From an uncultured Candidatus Bathyarchaeia archaeon (GTDB lineage: Archaea; Thermoproteota; Bathyarchaeia; Bathyarchaeales; Bathyarchaeaceae), in NCBI GenBank assembly GCA_964618695.1, contig CAZUDX010000001.1:268886-332885 (forward strand): a DNA stretch of 64,000 nucleotides. Direction: 5' to 3'. This document shows, piece after piece, positions 56,001 to 64,000 of the stretch. The position numbers and the translations under genes were made by a program. Every line of letters starts with the position of its first letter. Within the stretch, counting starts at the first letter, position 1. Under the pieces are notes generated by a model. That model worked only from the letters and a program-made list of their open reading frames with translations, searched no databases and was not told the origin of the DNA.

Positions 56001-56739
56001 TGAAGACCTTGCTGACGAGAACATCGCAATAAGACGTATTCGCTGCGACATGGCTGATAACGTTTTCCTGAAGGAATATCCTAGCGCCGTTGTCTTTGAA
56101 TTCTGGCAACTGCATAGTAGAAGTGAGATTTTCAATTATTGTCCGTTCTGCTTCAAGTCGGGTATTGATTGTTCCAGTGGAGTTGTCTGCCCATATATTA
56201 ATGTCAACCTGTTTTCCAGTTATCTCTTGAACTATGATGCCTAAGAGACGGGGATATTTTGATTTCCAAGTTGCAAACTGTTCAGGAGATATTCTAACGT
56301 GATGGTCTGAAGCGTTGTAAGTTTCAAAAATGGTGTAAAGACCCAAATCGTTTGCTTCTTTGATTGCTTCTTCTACTAACGTTAGATTCCATGCTTGATC
56401 TAATGGGTGTAGTATGACCATGTTGCCGAGTTGAAGGTCTTTAACTTTTTTTATGCTGTCCAAAATCACCTGCTGCTGGCTTTCGAGGATTAAAATTCCC
56501 ATGAAAAATTCTGGTTCCTCTTCATCTGTTTCCTGAGCTAGGACTTGAGAAGTGGCGGATAAAAAGAAGACGGTGAGAAGAAGCGCTGTTAGAAAGAAGA
56601 ACAACAGCTTTTGCCTGTTTATTCCGATTGGTTTCAAGTTGGTTTCTCCGTCTTCGGATAGGTTATGTTGGTCCTTCAGAACATATGAAGAAGTGAAACA
56701 AAAATATAAGGGAACAGCACGGCTCTGAATCTTTCTCAC
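53068..56739 (-). CDS. Very large surface protein: signal peptide, GH-like TIM-barrel-type domain, multiple beta-sandwich domains, C-terminal TM anchor
   Basis: 1223-aa ORF. A probable TTG start at 56637 gives the signal peptide (M)KPIGINRQKLLFFFLTALLLTVFFLSATSQVLAQE. The C-terminal anchor ILYVVIVLAVVFPVTFVVL is followed by KKRK. Many N-x-S/T sequons are visible. Confidence 0.75.
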   Translation of the reverse strand: MRKIQSRAVPLYFCFTSSYVLKDQHNLSEDGETNLKPIGINRQKLLFFFLTALLLTVFFLSATSQVLAQETDEEEPEFFMGILILESQQQVILDSIKKVKDLQLGNMVILHPLDQAWNLTLVEEAIKEANDLGLYTIFETYNASDHHVRISPEQFATWKSKYPRLLGIIVQEITGKQVDINIWADNSTGTINTRLEAERTIIENLTSTMQLPEFKDNGARIFLQENVISHVAANTSYCDVLVSKVFNAPNVELMIGQARGMVNSYNISAWGLWVDTWREWTKPPAFTPNDVERALYEGWFYGAKYFFFEQGNFFGTLNRDWPTKYIILGPDGKLTEYGKVIQRFYAFLQNVDSIEYHQPNYRSPIAVMIGQSGWSSRGPDWGLWLQSDRYGDFDYRLLNIFFPGIGDNWQIGSALIAKEFTGLPFGMVDIISIYAPPEVLSQYKVIIGLGWSHMSDAIANNIENYVENGGIFFSLLTFTHTNENVDNLEDPQAWTKSLVSLFGLHVPIHANSNSDITADTFLHNIEFTQDTFWYPWNGKTYHYSDLGETGSWFWKFKYDIMSSESTRVLAWVNGKQSWPNAFIVENKKGAGYTYVVNTRNPYSLPNGVLTDVLTDFIQFLCAYYVRPMSYILYPENEYWLSHGQADRIVYLMHDNSTTPQTFTYYVRPLEADLTADKEYIVFDYVNNEFYGVHKGPMILLNVTLQPKEDKIFVLLENDGDPQVIYSDTHLTRAPLFVGQRLTVGLMALEEATNTTRIYCADFERPRYILGTPYDLTQAYDSENKVLTVVSNSDITVSWENTTEFTVVSSTVPLTEFSWNSSRKLLKISANGNAGQEGSIQMQTGESTPYYFKVNGEEVSTWDFDASTSVLSADFSVPTGETVELMVGFAPIEIDNIFVSDTRADVGSVQTVGFHVSWMSDGADVVGASVDVDGIKYSTNETGWISFDTSYDTVGRVVWNVTGVTYNTLTEYVKSVNDPTIIWDRVKVTDSIIFDEIVQTGSSQLVWVNAEYEYDAVRFDDSQGMLYLNGEPMTWSSRNSRWEYVVTSNIPGPQVYEVSSVYDEAFGLTVILDQTEKTEIIWDKIEISQLEFETGALGVTSIKVYANYNYTQNPVVNAAVSVNGEACSELESGIYACEVTDWGPLQSFFVEVESPNFGQATKTVSNAHFSNSILYVVIVLAVVFPVTFVVLSKKRKQPKRESDSSNMLSNARLLSTELTDLNGV

Positions 56740-56887
56740 TCATTTTAAAGTAGCCTGCCTTCAGGAATTTCAGCTATAGTCTTGGGCAGTTTCCATAAAT
56801 GCTTTTTCCAAGTTAGCCTTGTGCGCGCAAAAAACTGTTGAAGCTTATTGAAAGGGAATCACGAGTACCAGTGGTTATTTAACTTGT

Positions 56888-57550
56888 TCACCGTAAATCT
56901 GCGTCGTTGGGGTAGCCGCGTCTCTCCCAGTATCCCAAGTAGTCGTCGTTGTCTGATAGTTCAATTTGGGTTATCCATTTTATCCATTTGTATCCGTACT
57001 TGCTTTCGGCTACGAGTTGGAATGGAAAGCCTCTTTCGGGTGGAAGAGTTACGTTGTTCATTTTGTAAGCCATGATTATGTTGTTGTTGGTTATGTAGTC
57101 GAGTGGCACTGCAGTGGAATATCCATCATAAGCATAGAAAATCACTGTGGTTGCGTTTGGGTCAACTCCCGCCTCTTCAATCAAATCCTCAATCAATACG
57201 CCTTCCCAGAGCAGTGTTACGCTCCAGCCCTCAACGCAATGTAATGTGACAACTTTCTTGTAGAGCTGATTATTGCTGATAACGTCATCGTAGGTGTACT
57301 CTAATTCGTTATTCACAAGACCTGTAATGGCTAGCCTGTAAGTTTCATTGTCGACATATTGTGGTCCTTTAATCGAGTTTTCTCTGAAATCCTGAACCGA
57401 TGAAAGATCCATGCCTTCGTACTCTCTGATTTCGATGCCGTCGAGTTCAATCGGTCCAGTATTGAGCAAACGCGATGAAAAATAGGCGTACATTACTACC
57501 AATGTTATTACAAAAACTAAGAATCCTGCGAAAAGTTTCTTGTCAAACAC
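56888..57550 (-). CDS. Molybdopterin-dependent oxidoreductase-fold protein (sulfite-oxidase/YedY family), membrane-anchored
   Basis: 220-aa ORF with an N-terminal TM helix, LHCVEGWSVTLLWEGVLIEDLIEEAGV and PERGFPFQLVAESKYGYKWIKW. Confidence 0.75.
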   Translation of the reverse strand: MFDKKLFAGFLVFVITLVVMYAYFSSRLLNTGPIELDGIEIREYEGMDLSSVQDFRENSIKGPQYVDNETYRLAITGLVNNELEYTYDDVISNNQLYKKVVTLHCVEGWSVTLLWEGVLIEDLIEEAGVDPNATTVIFYAYDGYSTAVPLDYITNNNIIMAYKMNNVTLPPERGFPFQLVAESKYGYKWIKWITQIELSDNDDYLGYWERRGYPNDADLR

Positions 57551-57672
57551 GGGCAGTTCCTACAAAATATGACGTATGTCATGTTTATATACGTTTCAGT
57601 TCTTGGCATGCTAAAAACCAATTCTTTGTCCAACAAAAAGCCAAGCAAACAAAGGTTTGAAATAACTGGACA

Positions 57673-58224
57673 TTATTTTGACAGAATTAGGTCGATAAGC
57701 TCCTTTTGGTCAACTTCTGCTCTGGTTCTCCAGTCCAAGTATAGCATGTTGTTTTCGTCTTCAGCCAAGTAGCCGGAACGAATGTAACGGTTCATGTTCA
57801 TGTCAACCCTCCACCCTGGAAGCTTGATGCGAAGCAGGTCCTCCACCTCTTCGCGGGGAGCCTTCCCCTTCTTGGAGATAAGATAGGTGATAGCTGTCGC
57901 CAAACCTGCAATGTCATCTATGCGCCAGCCCATCATCTTAGCATCATCCGCAGGAAAACCACCTCTAAGAGTAACGAAGAACCTAGCCCTGTTCAACTCT
58001 TCAAGGGTCGGCTCTCCAGCAGGCTTTTCCCCCTCAAAGACGGTCCTCAGTTGTAAGTCCAGCTTTTCCAGATGGTTATCCAACACTTTGAGGATTTTAG
58101 GGTAATCAGAACCCAGCTTATTTTTCAGTTCCCATCCTTTGACGCCCGGTTTTCTGTGTCGTTTGTAAAACAACAGTTGAGCGGCCCTCTTGATTTTCCG
58201 AGCATAGTAAGCTTTTCTCTTCAT
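57673..58224 (-). CDS. Kite-like (ScpB/MAGE-like) tandem winged-helix protein
   Basis: I prefer the start MKRKAYY (ATG at 58224), which forms an ATGA overlap with the upstream stop. The track ORF extends to 58254. Two wHTH-like halves are visible (GVKGWELKNKLG..., and IAGLATAITYLISKKGKAPREEVEDLL). Third gene of the SMC-like operon. Confidence 0.5.
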   Translation of the reverse strand: MKRKAYYARKIKRAAQLLFYKRHRKPGVKGWELKNKLGSDYPKILKVLDNHLEKLDLQLRTVFEGEKPAGEPTLEELNRARFFVTLRGGFPADDAKMMGWRIDDIAGLATAITYLISKKGKAPREEVEDLLRIKLPGWRVDMNMNRYIRSGYLAEDENNMLYLDWRTRAEVDQKELIDLILSK

Positions 58225-59033
58225 TCTTGTTTCGCCTCTTTCCATCTTTTCCATTCTTCGGAGCTTACGGAGATTGGGACAGAAACCGTCTGCTTATCAG
58301 CTAGGTTAGACCGCGGTTTTTTGAAGGGTTTGATGAAAACCTCTTCTTCTAAGGGATGCAACTCTAATGTTGCGTAACCGTATGTTACTAAGAAACTGGT
58401 CATGTAAGCTCTGTCTATTGTTTCAGGGTAGGTTTCGGCGCCAACAAAGTCCCAATACAATATTTTTTCTGCGTCGCCCACCTTCTGTTGCAATTCCTTC
58501 CAGAAAACTTCTAACGTTTCCAAGAAGGTTTTTTCGGCTAAGATTCTTAGTTTAATAAGTTCTTCCCGTGAGGTAGCTCCAGTTTCCACCATTAGAGAAC
58601 CGTCTTTTTGCCATCTCTCGCTTATGGGAAGCAGGCTTTGCCAGTATTTCATGGCTTCAGTTAGGCTGGGAATGGAAATCTGTTCCAATTCGATGATGGG
58701 ATTCCAAGCCTGCATAAAAAGTTCGGCGAGCTCCTCTTTGTCCAACCTCTGAATCTTTTCTTCGAGGAGGAAGGGATCAGTGTAGAGGGAGGTTGACCGA
58801 TGTTTTACCCAGTCTCCTTGATTTTTAATCACAGAGGCGAGGCATTGAACAGCTTCTGCATCCAGAACCAGTTCTTCCGCCGATTCCCACTCAGGAAAAT
58901 GTTTTTGAAGCGTTGCAATGATGTCGTCCACGTCCAATGCGAATGGGTCTACACCCTTCTCTTCAACGGATTTGCATAATTCTATGACGCGTTGAAGGCG
59001 TTCACTGCTCAGCTTCTTCTCTTTTGTGGACAA
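58221..59033 (-). CDS. Kleisin-like protein (ScpA-like)
   Basis: 270-aa ORF whose TTG start directly follows the SMC-like stop codon. The C-terminal RAYMTSFLVTYGYATLELHPLEEEVFIKP resembles the ScpA C-terminal winged helix. The N-terminus is helical and acidic. Confidence 0.55.
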   Translation of the reverse strand: MSTKEKKLSSERLQRVIELCKSVEEKGVDPFALDVDDIIATLQKHFPEWESAEELVLDAEAVQCLASVIKNQGDWVKHRSTSLYTDPFLLEEKIQRLDKEELAELFMQAWNPIIELEQISIPSLTEAMKYWQSLLPISERWQKDGSLMVETGATSREELIKLRILAEKTFLETLEVFWKELQQKVGDAEKILYWDFVGAETYPETIDRAYMTSFLVTYGYATLELHPLEEEVFIKPFKKPRSNLADKQTVSVPISVSSEEWKRWKEAKQE

Positions 59034-61079
59034 CTATGTTACCTCTTTGATGAGTGAAGCTCCTTCCACATTCTGAACCGTAATTAAATGAACGTCTTTA
59101 TCGGTGAATGTAAGCTGACTTGGAGTGATAGCCAAGTATTGTGTGTTTAAACCTGTTACTGAAGAAACAAGTAGGTTTGCGATGATTTCCCTGTTTTTTG
59201 GGTCCATGTGAACGTCGTATTCGTCAACGGCTCGGAAAGGAGAATGAACGTGCTGTTGCAGCGCAAGGAGGAAGGTTACTGTGGCGGTGCTTCTTTCTCC
59301 TCCACTTTGGGTGTAGGAGTTAAGGGGAACTGGTTTTCCTCCTTTGAAGCCCACAAATATTTCGAGACCAGCCTCTTCGATGTCTTGTTCATTTATTACT
59401 TTGACTTCGCCAACTGCGTAGGCTTCGGAAAGGATTTTTTGGTATTTGGAGTTAACCTTGTCTAGAAGGTTGTGGATGACGGTTCGCCAAGCATCCATTC
59501 TTGCTTTCACTTCTTCTAGGGCTTTCTCGCGGTTTTCTGCAACTAAACGGGCTTTTTCTTTGAGTTCCAGATAAAGTTGGGAATATTTTTCGTACATCCG
59601 TTCGATGTCCTCGGAAACGTCTGCCAACGCAGCTAGGTGCCCATCAGTTACTCGAAGTTCATCCAGAATGTCCATGGTGTTTTTCATCGGCACAACTCTT
59701 GAACCTATCTCTTCAGCCTTCTTGACATATTCATCAAGCTCGACGAGTGCCAGTTGAAGCTCCTTCTCTAACTTCTTCACGGCTTTGGCGGATTGCTCCT
59801 TCTGATATTGTATTAGCGCTAGGTTGATCTTGCGGTCTAGAATGTTGTTGGTAGTGGTTTCGATGTTAAGATTGAGGGAATCTGACTTGCTTTTAATGTC
59901 TGAAATTTTGAGGTCCAATTTTGCGAGTTGTTCTTTGCAGTCTTCAGCAGATTCTTTCAAACTTGAGTTTCGTAGATTGAAGCGTTGGGTCCAAGCGTCT
60001 TCTAGAGTATCGTAGCTTGCTTTGATTTCGTCAAGTTGTGGTCTGAGGTCTATGGGGTTTGTTTTTTCGCGGAGAATCGTTTCAAGAGAACTGATTTTTT
60101 CTAGGACATTTTCCATCTCTTTGCGGTGGTTTTCGGTCCAAGATTCTGTTTCTTTCAAGGCTTGATCGGCTTTTGAGACAGTTAATTCAAGTTTTGCCCT
60201 TTCACGTTCCACGGCAAGTCTGTCTTCGAATAGGTTTTTCCATGCGGTCTTTGAGTGTTCCAGTTTGTTCTGAAGCACGTCTAGTTGTCCTGTGATGGTT
60301 TCAGTCTCGCTTTCGATTTTGGAGATTATGTTTTGTTTCTCTTGGTGCTGTTCCTTTAGTTTGTTAACAATTTTTTCTCTTTTCAGAACTTCAGCCCATG
60401 CTAGTTCTCGTTCAAGGAACCGTCTTTTTATTTTCAGCTGTTTTTTCTGTTGGTAACGGTCGTATTGTTGGCGCCAGTAAGAGAGGGTTTGCTGGGCTGA
60501 TTCTAGGAGTTTTTCGACTGAATCTCCTTGGCTTAGGATGCGGCTTAGCTTCTTTTGGGCTTTCAAAACGTTTTTTCTGTAGGATTCGAAGCCGACTGCT
60601 GCCTCTACCATTCTCAGTTTTTCTTGAGATGAAAGCACCGTAAACTGTTCAACCATGTTTTGGTGCATGATGATGAGCATGTTGTCTGGGTCAACTTCAA
60701 ATTTGGAGAGAAGCCTGCTGACGTCTGCCCTGTTTGCTGCCCTGTTTTCGAGTTCGAACCAGTATTTTCCATCGCGCCTCAGACTTCTGGTCAAAAAAAT
60801 CTGGTCTTTTCTGATTTTTTTGACGGGTCGTCGTCCGTTTCTTGGGGAGTTGTCTAGGACTAGGGTGACTCGGGCTTCGTCTTTTCCGTATCTGATTAGG
60901 TCGCTTAGTTTTTTGGAGCGTTCAGTGTAAGATTGTGCCAGTGCAACGGAGATTCCTATTAGTATGGTTGATTTGCCTGCGCCGTTTGGTCCGCAGACTA
61001 CGTTGACGCCCTTTTTGAAGGGTATCCTAGCGTATTCGTAGGACATGAAGTTTTCCAAGATAACTTCTCGAATCAGCAT
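59034..61079 (-). CDS. Short-armed SMC-family ATPase, Smc5/6-like (archaeal SMC-related protein)
   Basis: 681-aa ORF with N-terminal LENFMSYEY and Walker A GPNGAGKST. IMHQNMVEQF...SSQEKLRMVEAAVG resembles the SMC QGxxxxF/ER motif. About 400 aa of coiled coil lack an evident hinge. The C-terminal signature is SGGERS and Walker B is FRAVDEYDVHMD, resembling eukaryotic Smc6 FRCLDEFDVFMD. Confidence 0.75.
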   Translation of the reverse strand: MLIREVILENFMSYEYARIPFKKGVNVVCGPNGAGKSTILIGISVALAQSYTERSKKLSDLIRYGKDEARVTLVLDNSPRNGRRPVKKIRKDQIFLTRSLRRDGKYWFELENRAANRADVSRLLSKFEVDPDNMLIIMHQNMVEQFTVLSSQEKLRMVEAAVGFESYRKNVLKAQKKLSRILSQGDSVEKLLESAQQTLSYWRQQYDRYQQKKQLKIKRRFLERELAWAEVLKREKIVNKLKEQHQEKQNIISKIESETETITGQLDVLQNKLEHSKTAWKNLFEDRLAVERERAKLELTVSKADQALKETESWTENHRKEMENVLEKISSLETILREKTNPIDLRPQLDEIKASYDTLEDAWTQRFNLRNSSLKESAEDCKEQLAKLDLKISDIKSKSDSLNLNIETTTNNILDRKINLALIQYQKEQSAKAVKKLEKELQLALVELDEYVKKAEEIGSRVVPMKNTMDILDELRVTDGHLAALADVSEDIERMYEKYSQLYLELKEKARLVAENREKALEEVKARMDAWRTVIHNLLDKVNSKYQKILSEAYAVGEVKVINEQDIEEAGLEIFVGFKGGKPVPLNSYTQSGGERSTATVTFLLALQQHVHSPFRAVDEYDVHMDPKNREIIANLLVSSVTGLNTQYLAITPSQLTFTDKDVHLITVQNVEGASLIKEVT

Positions 61080-61290
61080 TGACTATCTGGCGCCTCTCTA
61101 TTTCTCAGGAATTAGGAGACAATTTCCCCTATTAAAGGAAATATACAGCATAAAAAGAGAGGAGTAAAATTAAGGTTCCGCTTTTGGAGAATTTTTAGGC
61201 GTTTCCACTAGCCAATTTGATGGAGTTGCAGGGAAATAGGATATAAGATACAGTAAAGATAGATTTGTTTGTAACACTGGAGGTTTTTAA

Positions 61291-61608
61291 GTGTCCATTC
61301 CGATGGAATTCAAAAGAAAAGTTGCTGACCTCTATTTAGAGAAGAAAACGAAGTTGGATGAACTTGACCCCGAATCTTTGGAGTCTTTTGCCTCTGAAAT
61401 ACTAAACATGATCCAAACAGAGAAGGACAATATTCTTGCGAAACACGATTTAGAAGTATTGGAGTCCAGCATGAAAATCCTCAAAAACCAAGCCAACAAA
61501 CTCAAAGGCTTTGAACCAGACACCGACGCCTACGATTTCACCCTAAACGACTGCAACAACCTCCTGAACTCCACCAAAAAATGGCTAAAACTAGAAGGAC
61601 TCCTCTAA
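61291..61608 (+). CDS. Hypothetical helical protein
   Basis: 105-aa ORF with a GTG start after GGAGG. No motif recognised. Confidence 0.45.
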   Translation: MSIPMEFKRKVADLYLEKKTKLDELDPESLESFASEILNMIQTEKDNILAKHDLEVLESSMKILKNQANKLKGFEPDTDAYDFTLNDCNNLLNSTKKWLKLEGLL

Positions 61609-61771
61609 ACAAAACCAAAAAAGCATAACCACAAAGCCGCATATTAGGAGCCTAATAATACTTCATTGTTGAAAAACAGCTTTTTTCAGCAAAACAAGAT
61701 TCTTTAATTGAAAAAACACATGGTTACAAAAAAATATAAAGCAATCCTGCAACCGTTTAAGTTTGGAGAAA

Positions 61772-61867
61772 GGGCCCGTGGTCCAGTTGGTTAACTCATA
61801 ATTGAGGCCAAAAGACGCTTCCCTCACGCGGAAGAGACCGCCGGTTCAAATCCGGCCGGGCCCACCA
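61772..61867 (+). tRNA. tRNA-Val (anticodon CAC) with a ~19-nt intron in the D-loop/D-stem junction and an encoded CCA
   Basis: Folded by hand. Acceptor GGGCCCG/CGGGCCC; D stem GTCC/AGAC interrupted by ACTCATAATTGAGGCCAAA (about 61794-61812); anticodon stem CTTCC/GGAAG with loop CTCACGC; T arm GCCGG-TTCAAAT-CCGGC; discriminator A, then CCA. Confidence 0.8.
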
Positions 61868-61899
61868 TCATGTAGAAACTTCTTTTGTTGGTTTTCCTG

Positions 61900-62334
61900 T
61901 CAGAGGTTTTCACGAATTTTCTTCGCTATCTCGTCCAAGTTTTTTCTTTCTGGTGTTTTGAGCCCGTGATGGCCTATCATGGCTCCTATAGTTTTTGATA
62001 TGGGGTCTCCTTTGTGTCTTGGTATAACGTGGACGTGAAAGTGCATCACTGACTGGCCAGCAGCTCTACCGTTTAGTTGTAGTATGCTGATTCCCTCGGC
62101 GCCAACAGTCTCTTTCACAGCAACACTGACTCTCTTCACCACCGAGAATACATCAGCTAAGACTTTCTCAGGAATCTCACAGATGTTCTCCCAATGTTCA
62201 CGGGGAACAACCAAAGTGTGACCAGTGTTGGTGGGATACAAGTCCATGAACGCTAGGACAGAAGCGTCTTCGTAGACAATGCTTGCCGTGGCTTTGCCGG
62301 AAGCTATCTTGCAGAAAGGACAATTGACATTCAT
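61900..62334 (-). CDS. HIT-family (histidine triad) nucleotide hydrolase/transferase
   Basis: 144-aa ORF with CPFCKI, DLYPTNTGHTLVVPREH, and the histidine triad HFHVHVIP. Confidence 0.9.
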   Translation of the reverse strand: MNVNCPFCKIASGKATASIVYEDASVLAFMDLYPTNTGHTLVVPREHWENICEIPEKVLADVFSVVKRVSVAVKETVGAEGISILQLNGRAAGQSVMHFHVHVIPRHKGDPISKTIGAMIGHHGLKTPERKNLDEIAKKIRENL

Positions 62335-62464
62335 TGTTTCCTTTCACTTCTTGTAATCAGCCTTGTTTTTGCAAGAGTTAAATGTTTATGGTTTCTTCTG
62401 ACGGTTTGCTGAGGGGTTTCTTCAAAAAGCTTAAAATACAATTTGTGGTTCATGTCTGTTTGGC

Positions 62465-62569
62465 GCCGAGGTAGCTCAGATTGGGAGAGCACCCGACTCG
62501 ACAATATTGTTGTTGAGGGTGAAGCTGAAGACCGGGTTGTCGCCAGTTCAAGTCCGGCCCTCGGCACCA
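62465..62569 (+). tRNA. tRNA-Phe (anticodon GAA) with a 28-nt intron at a non-canonical anticodon-loop position and an encoded CCA
   Basis: Folded by hand. Acceptor GCCGAGG/CCTCGGC; D arm GCTC-AGATTGGGA-GAGC; anticodon stem CCCGA/CCGGG; loop CT|intron (about 62499-62526)|GAAGA; variable TTGTC; T arm GCCAG-TTCAAGT-CCGGC; A73, then CCA. Two A-C mismatches (31-39 and 52-62) lower confidence. Confidence 0.65.
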
Positions 62570-62648
62570 CAATGTTATTTTGGAATAAACCGGCGACACT
62601 TTATTATTTGCGTTTTCGGAAAAGTTTAGCATCTTGGATTTCGAAGAT

Positions 62649-64000
<1,352 letters not shown>

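Noticed and set aside
57673-61079. Possibility that the SMC-like operon is a Wadjet/JetABCD or MksBEF anti-plasmid system
   Set aside because: The gene order is SMC, kleisin, kite rather than jetABCD. No Toprim/JetD-like nuclease gene is adjacent, and the head motifs look Smc5/6-like rather than MukB/JetC-like.

Overview
The window looks like a low-GC archaeal chromosome segment. Hand-counted 60-nt lines give about 32-47% GC. Archaeal markers are RadA, Trm1, a split class-I fumarate hydratase, an NFACT/Rqc2 homologue, two intron-containing tRNAs and GGAGG ribosome-binding sites. The last ~1.35 kb is very different in composition.

Layout:
- 0-20.8 kb: a single-strand ~20 kb surface-glycan cluster. 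It holds 4 GT-B/GT4-type glycosyltransferases (one assigned only weakly), 2 GT2, 2 GT-C-like membrane proteins, 3 SAM methyltransferases, WecB, 2 SDR epimerase/dehydratases and a GATase-II::WbpG-type amidotransferase fusion. An AbrB-type mini-gene below the ORF-track cutoff heads the cluster.
- 21.9-24.9 kb: a CARDB plus InlB-B-repeat surface protein with near-identical 465-bp tandem repeats.
- 25-34 kb: regulators, membrane proteins, a GIY-YIG fusion protein and housekeeping genes (nitroreductase, THEP1-like NTPase, trm1, fumarate hydratase, radA).
- 34.6-36.8 kb: a small accessory islet. It encodes a proteasome-beta/HslV-like Ntn-hydrolase followed by two overlapping TIR-like proteins, one membrane-anchored. 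This is my best candidate for an undescribed conflict/signalling system.
- 36.9-43.4 kb: M32 carboxypeptidase, an HNH-like mini protein, DUF2769, NFACT and exported proteins.
- 43.5-49.3 kb: an envelope module with an ArsR-like regulator, an LTXXQ-like repeat protein, a MacB-type ABC transporter and HtrA. A promoter/operator motif is duplicated here.
- 50.2-56.7 kb: an Arn-like GT2/flippase/GT-C module next to a 1223-aa surface protein.
- 57.7-61.1 kb: a tightly coupled operon of a short-armed Smc5/6-like ATPase, a kleisin-like and a kite-like protein.
- 61.8-62.6 kb: tRNA-Val(CAC) with a D-loop intron and tRNA-Phe(GAA) with a non-canonical anticodon-loop intron.
- From ~62.68 kb GC jumps to ~57-68%. 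A frameshifted internal KatG fragment there abuts a 5'-truncated monofunctional catalase. This is either an assembly chimera or very recent foreign DNA.

No CRISPR array, rRNA, integrase or transposase was seen.
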